From assembly GCA_047495785.1 (NCBI GenBank), contig JBLDXI010000015.1:4836001-4900000 (forward strand): a stretch of DNA of 64,000 nucleotides. The letters are read 5' to 3'. Positions 49,754 to 61,236 of the stretch are shown one piece after another (position 1 is the first letter of the stretch; every line of letters begins with the position of its first letter). Position numbers and translations under genes: made by a program. The notes under the pieces were generated by a model. That model was not told where the DNA came from. It saw only the letters and a list, made by a program, of their open reading frames with translations, and made no database searches. This stretch comes from Lepidodermella squamata (Eukaryota; Animalia; Gastrotricha).

Positions 49754-49889
49754 AATTATATGGAAACAAGATCTCTTAAGGTGCTAATAGCGTAATAAGT
49801 TAATACTAAAAATCTTGCCGTTATTTTTGTTTCTTTTCGAGTTTGTTTTTGTATTAAATCTTTCTTCAATGTTTGCTTAATATCAAAAT

Positions 49890-50072
49890 GTTTGCTCTAT
49901 TTAACTATATATTAGGATCGATTGAAGTGTGCATCGAACTTCTGAAACATAATCTTCATACCAATATACAGTATAATATTGTAACTGCTGACGAAATTTT
50001 ATAAAAGCTGTAATAAAAAATAAAGGAGCGATCGTTTATCCTGTGTTTTTCGATCATTCCATAGTTATCCGC
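49890..50072 (+). repeat. Dispersed 3'-flank repeat, copy 1 (others at about 54190-54273 and 57010-57156)
   Basis: Shared GCTCTATTTAA...ATCGATTGAAGT...TTGTAACTGCTG...AATAA...AAGGAGCGATCGTTT...TTCGATCATT...GTTATCCG. Confidence 0.7.
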
Positions 50073-50358
50073 CAGTTTGTTTGAGTCATGCGATAGGATA
50101 TTTACCCCCTGGCTGGCCTATATATTTGACCCATTTGGGGACAGTATCACTGGATATTATCCCCCTAACATACCGTGGTTGTCAGAGGGGTGCATGCCTG
50201 ATAAGAAATTTTACAATACACTTTTATAATGCGCAGATTTTCATGATATACAGCGCGCCCGTTTTAGTTGAAGCACACTTCACATGCCATTTACATGCCA
50301 CTAGTTAAAAGAAGCCCTGTTGAATGGCAATCGAACATTGTCCTAACATATTTTATAA

Positions 50359-50665
50359 GGGGCTAATTGGCCAACAATTAAGGTCTCCATATTATTATCG
50401 ATGGCTCAGAAACCACAAGGCCAGACTTTGTAAGAACTTATGGGGACGATTATCAACAGACCTCGTACACGTGTGTACAATTTTAGTCAGATATGTCCCA
50501 AGATGAGGTCACGGCAAACTAGTATTCATAAGTTAGCTTAGGCAGGTAAAATTGACCCCCATGAATTAGATTATCTGGAACCAATAATGAGGTTTCATGT
50601 TCAGATGACATTTTTTTCTTAGGCCATTTTCGTCGTAAATGACAGCAAAAGAAACCGGCGGCTCA
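50359..50665 (-). mobile_element. Diverged fragment of the non-autonomous DNA element at 57602-58639, in inverted orientation
   Basis: Aligns by eye to the reverse complement of about 58305-58613 (GGGGCTAATTGGCCA, GATTATCAACA, ATGAGGTCAC, GAGGTTT.ATGTTCAGATGA, CCATTTTCGTCGTA.ATGACAGCAAAA). Confidence 0.75.
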
Positions 50666-50925
50666 AAACATATATTTTTTGCCAAATGGTCGATCTCTGT
50701 GTTCAAATTTAACTGCATGCTTCAGTTTTCGACGGAACAGCACATTCTCGATCGTATTCCTTATTTCCGTATTCCGCGATTCCGCGGTTGCCTATTTCCC
50801 GCGAAGCGTCTCAAAAACATAATACGTTGCTGCAGCTGTGCAAACCGTTTACATTCTGTTAAATGAATAACATACCATTGTCAACCCGTACATGCGATTA
50901 GAATTAGCATTACTTATTATTTTAA

Positions 50926-53910
50926 ATGCCTAATAATACTCCGCTGTTTGCACCAAGCTTCCTCGATGGCTTTCGCGTCGAAACATCCGTTTATGGGCAA
51001 AATCTCCCAGCCACTTGTTATGGTGAGTTCGAACAGCAGACATTGAAGCCAGGCAATCAATCACTTGTCGAAAATCCACTGATCACCGAGCCTGACGGTC
51101 GTCAGCTCAGCTACAAAAAGCTGAGGGAAATGATCCACGGATTTGCGGTCGCATTCGAAAAACTAGGCTTGCCTCGATCAAGTCATACTGTAGCTGTTTT
51201 TCTTCCGCCAAGCGTAGCAAGAATCGCCACGTTTTTATCATTGAATTACATGGGCTTTACGCAAGTTCCACTCGATGTGACCCAGCCGTCGGATTTGAAA
51301 AAGTACATCCTAGAGCATAGCAAAGCTCAAATCATTATTACGGTAAGAATTGCCATGATTAAGACATCCGTATCCAAGCTTTTGTCTGAACCGAAAATAA
51401 TATAGAGTGAAGATCGAAAGCAAAGTTTGCTGGAGGAAACGGGCTGGAAATTGGCGACTATTGTTATTGATCGCGATTGCGTCGTCGAATCGTGTTGCGG
51501 TGAATTTTCCTCTTCTGGCCAGGACGAAGTGGTGATTTCAAATACTGATGATAAGTGGCCAGCTTTGACGTTGTACACGAGTGGAAGCACCGGCATTCCG
51601 AAAGGCGTCGCCTTATCAAACTCAAATCTTCTGAATCGTCTCCGGTGGCAATGGGCTGAGCTGCCATTTTCCGAGGATGGCTCGGATGTTTGCCTAGCGA
51701 GGACGAATCCGCTTTTCATTGACAGCTACACTGAAATACTGGGTGCTGTTCTTCGTCTCCAGCGACTTGTGATCCTAGATCTTAATAGTGGCAGCAAACA
51801 CACCAGCGTCGCCGATTTCATAGCTGATGCCGTTCAAGCTCATGACGTCACTCGTCTTATCCTGGTGCCATCGTTACTGAAAGCTCTTCTTGAGCTTCCT
51901 GATGCAGCTGCAAAATTAGCGACTTTGCGACTAGTTGTCAGCAGTGGCGAGGCTTTACCATCAGATTTGGCAAAATCATTTTTTCGAACACTTTCGTCGA
52001 TTAAAGGAGGCCAGCCCCGCCTAGCGAACTTTTACGGTTCAACCGAAGTTACGGGCGATGTGACTGCGTCAATCTTCGCCAGCGAGGCTGACGTAACAGC
52101 TCGCACAGTAGACGGCTTTCTGTCAATAGGTCGGCCGGTTCACAACACCACGGTTTACGTACTTGACGACGAATTCAACATGCTGCCTTTCGGTGAAACT
52201 GGCAACATCTACGTATCTGGGGAGAACGTGTGCATCGGATTCGTAGGTGATTCTGGAAGCTACTTCGATCGGTTCCGTCGAAAGCCTGACTATATGAGCC
52301 ATCTAGGCTGGGGCGATAGGTTGATCAGCATGGGCGATCTTGGTCGTGTCGCTCCAGGTGGAGAATTGAGTACGTTGATGCGCGCTTTTTATTAAGAAAT
52401 ATGTATAGTTTCCTACCTAGTTTATTGTGGTCGAAGCGACTCGATCGTGAAAATTCGCGGAAATCGTGTATCGACAATTAGCGTTGAGAATGCTCTCAAA
52501 CAGATTCTTGATACGATAATGCGCGAAAAACCGCCGGCAGCCAAGTTTACGCCCCATTGCCGCGTTATTGCTGTCGAAAGCAAATCAAATGCTACATGTC
52601 GGCTGGCTGGCTTCTACGAAACCTGGCCTGAAGCTCCAGTTTGTCTTCGTCCAGATAACATTCGAAACCGATTAGCAAGGTTCTTGGCGTCCTACGCTGT
52701 GCCTGAATTGCTATTTCCGTTTGAGCTCGGCAAGTTCCCCATTCAACCAGCTACAGGCAAGACTGACCAGCGAGCTCTAAAAGCAATGGCGGCAGAACAA
52801 GCTAATGAAGGCTTACTTGAAGATTCAGATCTTGCGCTACTCAAGGCGAACAACGACGATCTACAATCAGCGTTGGAAATTGTCCGCGCTGTCGCTGCAC
52901 ATACCCTAGCTGTGCCGGTCAGCAAGATCGTAATGGAAGCTACTTTCTTCAATCAAGGCGGCAATTCGCTGTCTGTAATTCGGGCTGTAATCGCGCTGAA
53001 GAAAATCGGTTTCGAGAACGCTACTGCCGACATGCTTCTTTCGCGGAAGAACACCTTGGCGGATGCCGCAAAACGTTTGATTGCGAAGCATCAACTCAAA
53101 CAAGAAGAATGGGCGAAACCAGACTGGTTGGACTTTGTCAGCATCCGGAACCTGACAGAGAGTCAAACGAACCAGGTGAAAGAAGGGTTGGTGCGTGCCT
53201 TTATGTCCAAAGAGCAGCTGGTTACTTATTTCCATCTTGACAAAGAAGGTAATTTTCAATTCTTCATCTGTTGCCTATATGGTTCCCATTCAAATGTTGC
53301 ACGCTTGTAGTTCTTATGCGACACATTCAAGCCACGTGGCGTACATACATTGAATCCGGTGAAATATCATTCGCTGTAATTGACCGCCGATTGCCTGGAG
53401 ATGCCGCTGTGGTTGGATGCAATTTGAACGCTGATTTAACTGTAGAGGACAGTATTGATGACTGGAAAGGTATGGAGCCGATTTGTTGCATCTTGGAAGC
53501 AACAGATAAGCCTGCATTCGAGAAAATAACAAGATTATTCGCAATCGATGGCGCAATTCCCAAGGGAGTGGTAGTGAGCAACCGAGTGCTTTACGTTGAC
53601 TCGAAATGTTCTCCTGATGATGCCTCGGAGGCTTTCTCCGGATTGGAGCAAGAGCTAATTAAAAGGTGTCGTAAAGATGGTTACAAAATGATTACAGCCG
53701 TCAACACTGCCGCAGCAACCCAGGTAATGTTGCTACAATTATTTCGTATTTTTATGTCTCCAATTTTCGCAGGTGATGGAGCGCGATATTCTTGGTTACG
53801 TGGATGAGAACCAGTTGTACCCCAAGCAATTTCAAACCCCTGATGGCAAGTTCCACTTCAGCGATGCCCCAGATGACTATGCAATTCATTCCATGACCCT
53901 ACAACTATGA
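50926..53910 (+). CDS. Ebony-like single-module NRPS (beta-alanyl-amine synthetase type: A, T and amine-selecting domains), copy 1, 5 exons
   Basis: LYTSGSTGIPKGV, LNRLRWQWAELPF, FIDSYTEI, VTRLILVPSLL, VSSGEAL, NFYGSTEVTGD, MGDLG, KIRGNRV, TGKTD, carrier-protein FFNQGGNSL, and an AANAT-like C-terminal domain (AVNTAAATQ); no condensation domain. Confidence 0.88.
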
Positions 53911-54659
53911 TGTGCCAGATTCAAACCATAATTTATCTAATTTACTATAATTTATCTATTCTGAAGCAATCTATAATGCGCCCTCAATAAATGCAAAGAG
54001 TCCAAGTAAAATCGAAGTAAAATGAAACCATCGAACCTTTATTTTCTTCTCTCGAACCAATTCAACTTGAAGCGTCGGAACCATCAGAATATTGAATTTT
54101 CGTATTTTCAAAAAACCATCACTCTGTGAACTCTGTCTATCTCGAAAGTCGAAGTGCGGGAAAGGAACGGAAAGGTTCGACATGACAGGTTTTGCTGACG
54201 AAAATTTATCAAAGCTGTAATAATAATGAAGGAGCCATCGTTTTTCTGTATTTTTCGATCATTCCTGTTATCCGGCATTGCCACTTTGTCGGAGCCATGC
54301 GTACCAGCACCTCGAGAGCTTTCTACGGCATCCGGTGAGCGATTCAACGTAAGTCAGGCATATGTGTCCCTGAAGTGATCTTTTCATATCCTATGCTTCT
54401 AGACGTCATCATGGTAATATATGATTACTAAGACGGTATGAAGATTTTAATACACGCCTATCTATCACAAGAAATTAGCCCGACATCATTATTTTGGCCA
54501 ATTTTCGAGTTTATAGTGGATGGGCGTGTTCAATCTGCATTTTTAACGTCCGACCTCGATATGATTTTATCGATTATTGCGAGGTTAGTTAATAACATTG
54601 TGGATAGACAACATTTGTTTTCTTCAGTTCATATCACTCCCGGAAAACTGGAATAAAAA

Positions 54660-56945
54660 ATGGTCTTTAAGGGAACATTCTATTCACTGACGGTATTAAT
54701 CTGCTGCCTAATGTCCAATTTATCTACGGCAATCAAACCATATCGCTTGAAGCTACCAGTTCATTTGCCGGTAACTGGTCTCCTCTCCGACTTCAAGCAA
54801 GCGATATCTGCTCAACAAATGGTAGTTGATCTGGTCAACAACCGAAGCGACATTCTTCCTGATTATCATGTCGAAATCGAGACCATAAATGAAGAGGATG
54901 GAAGTTCAATGGCAGTATCATCCATGTTTGATTTCATGCGACGATTCGAGAACAGCGAAAATGTTTTCATGTCACCACTTACCTTAGGGCTTATATTTAC
55001 TCCTGGATGTAAGGCTTGGGCTGCGGTAGCTCATCATCTGAAAATGGTAACTTTAGCAGCAAGCTGTCCTCATCAATCGTTAACTGCAAATCGAGCTCGT
55101 TATCCTACATTTTATCGAGCCATTGCTCCAACGGAAACCTTAGTAATGTCCCAACTTTATTTCGTCAAAATCATCGCTAAATGGTCAAATGTAGCATTTC
55201 TGTGCTCAGCTTCATTATTCGCGTGGGAAACTTCCCGTCTGATTCACGATATATTTCACACATTTGGGGTTGATATTCAAGCTTTTGAAGTTGCTTCAGA
55301 AGCAAATGACGAATTGATGCAATCATTCAAAGCAAAGCATTTTCGGGTTTTCGTCGTGCAGACAGATGATTTTGTGTTCAATCTTGACGTTTTATGTAAG
55401 ACTTACTCGAATGGGCTACGAGGGGGTCGATACATGTTTATTCTAAACACGCTTTTGTTTTTCGACCCTAATTCTTTGCCGGAATCATTTTTACGCCCTG
55501 GTTGTAAGCCTGAACATATCAAGCAGCAGCTAGAGCAGGCGGTATTCATAGGAATTCCGGCTGGTTTTATACTCCCGAATGATCGCAAAGACGAATTAGG
55601 CCTCACGCTACAAGAATTCGAACATATTTTCAAGACAGAATATGGCGGCAACGAATTTCTCGTAGACTACTCTTACCGGCATCTACGGTACGATCTCGTC
55701 ATACAGGGTTTGCTGGCTCTGGATAGGTCGGAAATGCTACTAAAGGCAAAGAATTTGTCACTAAGAGATTACAAGAGTATCCCTGACGAAGTGATGAGTG
55801 CTGTGAATATCAGCTTGCTTCAAACCGATTTCAAAAGTCTGCAATTCGGAAAATTTTGGTATTCCTATCGCGGAGAGGCCGACTACATTCCTCAGCTCAT
55901 CGGGAAATGGAGTCGCTCGACCGGCCTACAGATAGCAGCTCAAATAAAAATGAGAGACAATGAAACTGAGCTAAATAACCTCTCGTCATATACGGCCGAA
56001 ATTTTGATGAAATTCGGGAAGATTCCAAAAGACTCGCCAAATCGATTTCTTGACCAAGGTGGCATCAGTGATGACATTTTCGCTTGTCTCGCAATTGTTG
56101 CTGCTATCCCAGTAATAATTCAGCTAGTTTCGATAGCTCTCGGACTACCCAGAGATTCATTCAAAGCAGCAGAGCTTTTGATAAGCATCTGCCTACAAGC
56201 TACCGGCTCGGTGTTAATCGTACTACCGCCACATCTGAAATCCACTGTATCATGCCAAGTTGCATTCTTCTTATTAGTTGTAGGCTTAATGTCATTCTAC
56301 ATCCACATAATAGTTGCTGTTAACATGCAGTTGTCTGAAATGAGGAGGGTGGGGAGCCGTAATTTAAGACGGATGTTAATAAGGCCACCAAAACGAGAGC
56401 ATGTGGCTCGGAAGGATGAGTTGAAGATGGCTATTCCAGTGGCTATTCTGGCTTATTTATTACCTATATTATGGCTAACAATAGACCGACAATTCTTGCG
56501 AAGTAAGGAAGTCTTTTCTCACTTTAACGAGAGGGAAGATGTTCTAGTTTTCAAGAGGCATATTTACTGTTATTCTCGCTACTTCATGGATTGGATAACA
56601 GCAGCGATTGTGTTGGATGCGGTGATCCTGCTGGCAGCCATAGTGTTCGTTTTCAAGCTGCGAGAATTTCTCAAGTATTCCATGAGGTTTAATCATCCGA
56701 AGCGCATCGCTATCTCGATCGTGATCTGTATAACTCTTTTACCGGCGACAATTCTCATTGCGTTTATCGTTAAATCCAGCACTGCCGTTGAAGTTACAGT
56801 GTTAATCGCAATTGCAGTCCAGTCATCGGTCGTTTGCAGTTTACTAAGCTTTAGAAGATTACCGAAACGCAAACCTTACCAGGTTGAGCAGTTGTCGAGT
56901 TTTGTGCTAAGCCCTGCCCCGGTCTCACGCTATCCGCATGACTGA
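54660..56945 (+). CDS. Divergent GABA-B-like class C GPCR (signal peptide, Venus flytrap domain, 7TM), intronless
   Basis: VDLVNNRSDILPDYHVEI, SLTANRARYPTFYRAIAP, LCKTYSNGLRGGRYMFIL, PKDSP before TM1; no cysteine-rich domain; seven hydrophobic segments; YCYS in ECL2. Confidence 0.8.
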   Translation: MVFKGTFYSLTVLICCLMSNLSTAIKPYRLKLPVHLPVTGLLSDFKQAISAQQMVVDLVNNRSDILPDYHVEIETINEEDGSSMAVSSMFDFMRRFENSENVFMSPLTLGLIFTPGCKAWAAVAHHLKMVTLAASCPHQSLTANRARYPTFYRAIAPTETLVMSQLYFVKIIAKWSNVAFLCSASLFAWETSRLIHDIFHTFGVDIQAFEVASEANDELMQSFKAKHFRVFVVQTDDFVFNLDVLCKTYSNGLRGGRYMFILNTLLFFDPNSLPESFLRPGCKPEHIKQQLEQAVFIGIPAGFILPNDRKDELGLTLQEFEHIFKTEYGGNEFLVDYSYRHLRYDLVIQGLLALDRSEMLLKAKNLSLRDYKSIPDEVMSAVNISLLQTDFKSLQFGKFWYSYRGEADYIPQLIGKWSRSTGLQIAAQIKMRDNETELNNLSSYTAEILMKFGKIPKDSPNRFLDQGGISDDIFACLAIVAAIPVIIQLVSIALGLPRDSFKAAELLISICLQATGSVLIVLPPHLKSTVSCQVAFFLLVVGLMSFYIHIIVAVNMQLSEMRRVGSRNLRRMLIRPPKREHVARKDELKMAIPVAILAYLLPILWLTIDRQFLRSKEVFSHFNEREDVLVFKRHIYCYSRYFMDWITAAIVLDAVILLAAIVFVFKLREFLKYSMRFNHPKRIAISIVICITLLPATILIAFIVKSSTAVEVTVLIAIAVQSSVVCSLLSFRRLPKRKPYQVEQLSSFVLSPAPVSRYPHD

Positions 56946-57601
56946 TTTTTCCTTGATTTTTATATGTACCTTGATCAGCATCGCTATCTCGCAACAATGA
57001 AGAAATGACCCGCTCTATTTAAATCTATAGGATATCGATTGAAGTTTGTATCGAAATTGTTAAACATGATCAATATGGTACATTGTAACTGCTGTTGAAA
57101 TAATAAAAAAGGAGCGATCGTTTTATGTTATTTCGATCATTTATTGTTGTTATCCGTTTTAAATCCGAAGTGACATCGATTCTCCACGTTTTCGAGAAAA
57201 CTCACTTGTCATTTGTTTCCGATACAACAATTATTTGAAAAATGGAAATGGCTCAATGGAGTTCTTATGTCATGACAAGGCTTCGCCTATATTTTTCAAG
57301 TCATATGTATAGGCTGCAGAATCTATTCACTCTTGCGAAATGAGTGAGTCAATGCACCATCAGACTGTCTTTAATTTTGCGTCTAAATATCAAAATGAAA
57401 TAGACATGAAGGGACGAGGCGAAGGGATGCTAGCGCATAATTAGCCGATAATGATCATCAATAAAGGAAAAATGGAGTAGGATCTGGCTTGCCTCGCTTA
57501 CTCTTTCAATTTAGTTGTCAAGAGGAAAAATGCTCTCAAAGTCAAAAGTGTCCGAAATTATCCTGTCCGAAATAAGGCCAGATACGCGCAATTGAAGTAT
57601 A

Positions 57602-58639
57602 CCGTAAATTGGGGCAAAATGGGCGCGGGAAAAAAATTACCCCCTGTTTTTTTCGCATTTTTACACGTTTCAGAGGGTCCTGATTCCGATTTTATAGGAA
57701 GCTCATTTTGCCCCAGGTTTGGGGCAAATTGGACAGGTGTTTTGGGGCTAATTGGCCACCCTTATCCTTATAATGGGTTTTTAATATTTGATGATTGTGA
57801 GGGTTGAATGGTCGAGTGGTTGTGATGCGTCATCAGAACTTGAGTGATCTGATGAGCGACGGTTCGAATCCTCATAAAGTAGCATTTTTTTGCTCCGCAT
57901 TTAATTATTTTAATTTTTTTGTTAATTTTCTATTTTAATTATTCCACTAACACCACGTATGCCGGGCATTTTTTTGTTCGGGAGACGTTTAAAAGTTGCT
58001 CAGCAGTAAAACTCTCAGAAAAAACGGAGAAACTAATTAAAAATTATTAAAATAAACAATTAAAACAAAAAAATTAAAAAAATTTATTGCGGCGCAAAAA
58101 AATGCTACTTTATGAGGATTCGAACCGTCGCTCATCAGATCACTCAAGTTCTGATGACGCATCACAACCACTCGACCATTCAACCCTCACAATCATCAAA
58201 TATTTAAAACCCATTATAAGGATAAGGGTGGCCAATTAGCCCCCATCATTGAGTTTTCCATGGGGTAATTTGGCCACAATCACCTAGCCATACCTGTGCA
58301 TCGCCTGGGGTCGCGGTTTTTTTTGCTGTCATCTACGACGAAAATGGTCGAAGGAAAAAAATTCATCTGAACATCAAACCTCGTGATTGGCTCCAGGTAA
58401 TTCAATTTAGAGGGGTCATTTTTACCTCCCTAAACTCACCTCTGTGCAACAACATGCTGTGACCTCATTTCGGGACATACCTGGCTGAAAATTTGCAGGC
58501 TTGTAGGAGGCTTGTTGATAATCGCCCCCGTAAATTTTTATAAAGTTTTACATTGTAGTTTTTGAACTATCGATAAAAATGTGAAAACCTCAATTTCTGG
58601 CCAATTAGCCCCAAAGGTTCATTTTGCCCCAAATGACGG
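57602..58639. mobile_element. Non-autonomous DNA transposon (Tc1/mariner/pogo superfamily type), about 1.04 kb, TA target duplication
   Basis: TA-CCGTAAATTGGGGCAAAATG at 57600-57621 and CATTTTGCCCCAAATGACGG-TA at 58620-58641 (20/22 match); no transposase ORF. Confidence 0.82.
57801..57891 (+). ncRNA. tRNA-derived Pol III-like cassette inside the transposon (inverted twin at about 58096-58186)
   Basis: A box TGGTCGAGTGG 57809-57819, hairpin TCATCAGA...TCTGATGA, B box GGTTCGAATCC 57861-57871, T7 run 57885-57891; no proper acceptor stem. Confidence 0.5.
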
Positions 58640-59285
58640 TACTTTATGTTTTGTTTTACGCATTATCGGTTAAATAAGAGAGCAAGATAGTTGGTATATG
58701 GAAAGTGGAAGTCGGGCTCTGCACCGCAAGTTTGACGCCCACGTTTCTTTTATTCCTCTTAGAGCTAATAAACACGGCTTGTTTTTCGTTAAATAAAATT
58801 TTTGCGTGCAACGTCCCAATTATTTTAACTGGCTATTTTAATCCCAAGAGACGGTTATTTTTACCCATTCGCCACCTGCAAATTATGCAAATTATGCGCC
58901 TAACACGTATTAGAGTAGATCTTATAACTAACTAATATAGGATCTTATAATTGCTACACATTAGTGGGTAGACGTAATACAAAATTACAACCAATTGAAC
59001 TTCGCATATAGATCAAGACTCTTTCCACGCCGTGAAACGAACAGGTAAGGTATGTACTGTCATTTTGATTGTCCATTCTTTGGTTGAAACGCCAGACTCA
59101 CCTTCCACTTCTTACCAAGATCCACTTCTTGTTGCATGCTACTATAGCAGCTCTCGAAGAAAATTTCAAATCCTGAATTTTGCGTGACCATGTGCTGTAG
59201 CGGAACCAAACACGAAATATGGCAAATGTCGCTTTTCAAATAGTTCTACGAATTCGAGCTAACGTATGGTAATGTTACCTAAATA

Positions 59286-59506
59286 CAGGGACCGGCAGAA
59301 GTTATTCTACAGACGCATTTGTTATAATCATTATTGTCATCATTAGGAGTCATGTGACCGTCAACTTCTTCAACTTCTTCAACCTCATACGCGAAATTTC
59401 GGCATGAAATTGAAGAAGTTGAAGAAGTTGACGGTCACATGACTCCTAATGATGACAATAATGATTATAACAAATGCGTCTGTAGAATAACTTCTGCCGG
59501 TCCCTG
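59286..59506. mobile_element. Foldback MITE, 221 bp, 97-bp perfect arms, TA target duplication
   Basis: TA-CAGGGACCGGCAGAAG...CTTCTGCCGGTCCCTG-TA; arms 59286-59382 and 59410-59506. Confidence 0.88.
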
Positions 59507-59826
59507 TATGCATAAAAATTTTCGATATTTTTCGAGCACTGGTTATTCCTTAGCAATGAGGTTCCCTGGGCTCATAATATTTTGACCATGATCGCCGAAC
59601 ATTATGAGTAAGCTCAAAATATCTCATGAGCTCATTCCTCACCGATACCGATCTATAGCGGCTCAAATTTGAAAGAGGGAAGAATTTGAAAACCTCTCGA
59701 TGGTGCCCCAAATTTGCATGAAAGCTCCACTGAGCTCCACTGAGCTTCAAAATATGAGCCCGGGGTACCTCATGGTTGAGGAATAATAAGTGTTCAAAGA
59801 ACGTCGACAGTTTTTTACACATGTAT
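59507..59826. mobile_element. Older degenerate MITE-like element with imperfect terminal inverted repeats of about 75 bp
   Basis: Left TTATTCCTTAGCAATGAGGTTCCCTGGGCTCATAATATTTTGA pairs with right TCAAAATATGAGCCCGGGGTACCTCATGGTTGAGGAATAA. Confidence 0.62.
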
Positions 59827-61120
59827 CAGGTAATCTTACCCCGCATATTATTTATTCAACTACGCCTTTTGTACACAGAATGTTACGGTGAATTTAATGC
59901 TAATCGAATCAGAATATGAGGATGGTCAACAAATGGTCTGTTAGGATGGTCTCAAGCGTTCGGATTAGTTTCAGATTGGCACAAACACTTCCAAAGTTAA
60001 TAATCTAAAGGCTTTTGACATTTTTTGAGGTGGATTAACTATATATACAGCACATTTTAAATTTCCACTTCGTTTATACACTTTCGTGTCAACGTGGAGA
60101 TTCGCTTGCTATTTGTTGAAATAAGCTCAGCTGGATGGCTCAATTAACATTGTTCTAATTTTTTGCCACCCTCACATTTCAGGCCGAGGGAGACGGTATC
60201 TATTTAAAAGTTTTAATTACAGTCTGGCAAGGGGCAAATTTTTTATACGAAATTATCTCAGAGATAAAATCTGCTGAAATCTTTAATTGCTGTCTGGGCT
60301 GTGATTCTGAGTAAACCTTCGGATGACTAAGACGCATTTTTTGTCCGCCGGCCTTCGCGAACCTTCGAAATTCCTGGTATAAAAAGCAGAAGACATGAAT
60401 TTAAAAAATGAACATTAAACGCACTATATTACTTATAGTATATGCCTTCAGTAGGCGAAAATTGATAGCTAACATTTGCGTTTATTATTTTGTCAATAAT
60501 TCCGCTTCAACAATATTATTTGTTTATTGTCTGGACAGCTTATTTAGTCATTTTGTGTATGAAGCTGGTCAAAGCATTTTTAGCTATCGAAAAGCATAGA
60601 GGGCTCGAGACATTTTTTATGTCAAACTGTCAATCTCTGTTCTCAAGTTAATGCTCCAACCTAAAACGGAACCACTCAGCCCATTGTCGATCGTATTCTT
60701 TGCCTCAAAACATGATACGTTGCTGCAGCTGTGCAAACCGTTTACATTCTGTTTTGGATGAACAACCTACTATTGTCAACACTCAACACACTCTTTGCAA
60801 TTAGAGATCGCGGTGATGCTTTAGAACTGGTTGTTGAATTTCTCTCTTAGTACTGGACAATAAATTGTCTCGAAAATCTTGAATTCGCGAATCGACCTAT
60901 TCTTGCCATTTTCGTGAATGCTTTTTATTGGGAGTGGCCGCTCGTCCATATATTCTAGATTTCATGGTTACGTTTAGCAGATTTGGGGGTCGGGTATGGG
61001 GTCTAAATGTGTCAATTGTCAGCTATTCAATCTCTTCATATGTACGAGCGATATTCGCGAATCTTGACGACGCGAGCCAAAGTCATTTCGAAAATACATT
61101 ACCCTATTAACCTCAATATT

Positions 61121-61162
61121 TCTGTCTCTCTCTCTCTCTGGCTCTCTCTCTCTCTCACTCTT
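61121..61162. repeat. Imperfect (CT)n microsatellite
   Basis: TCTGTCTCTCTCTCTCTCTGGCTCTCTCTCTCTCTCACTCT just upstream of NRPS copy 2. Confidence 0.85.
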
Positions 61163-61236
61163 TCGCATTTATTTTTCATTGTCGATATCATTTTCCTCTT
61201 TGCTAATTCTTAGATACTTATTATCGGGAATCGGAA

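Noticed and set aside
57801-57891. Functional tRNA gene
   Set aside because: A and B boxes are present, but there is no complementary acceptor stem or 7-nt anticodon loop, and it sits in an inverted repeat inside a transposon.
59286-59506. miRNA precursor or CRISPR-like repeat
   Set aside because: Perfect long arms with CAG...CTG ends and a TA duplication fit a MITE; there is no repeat-spacer array and the context is eukaryotic.
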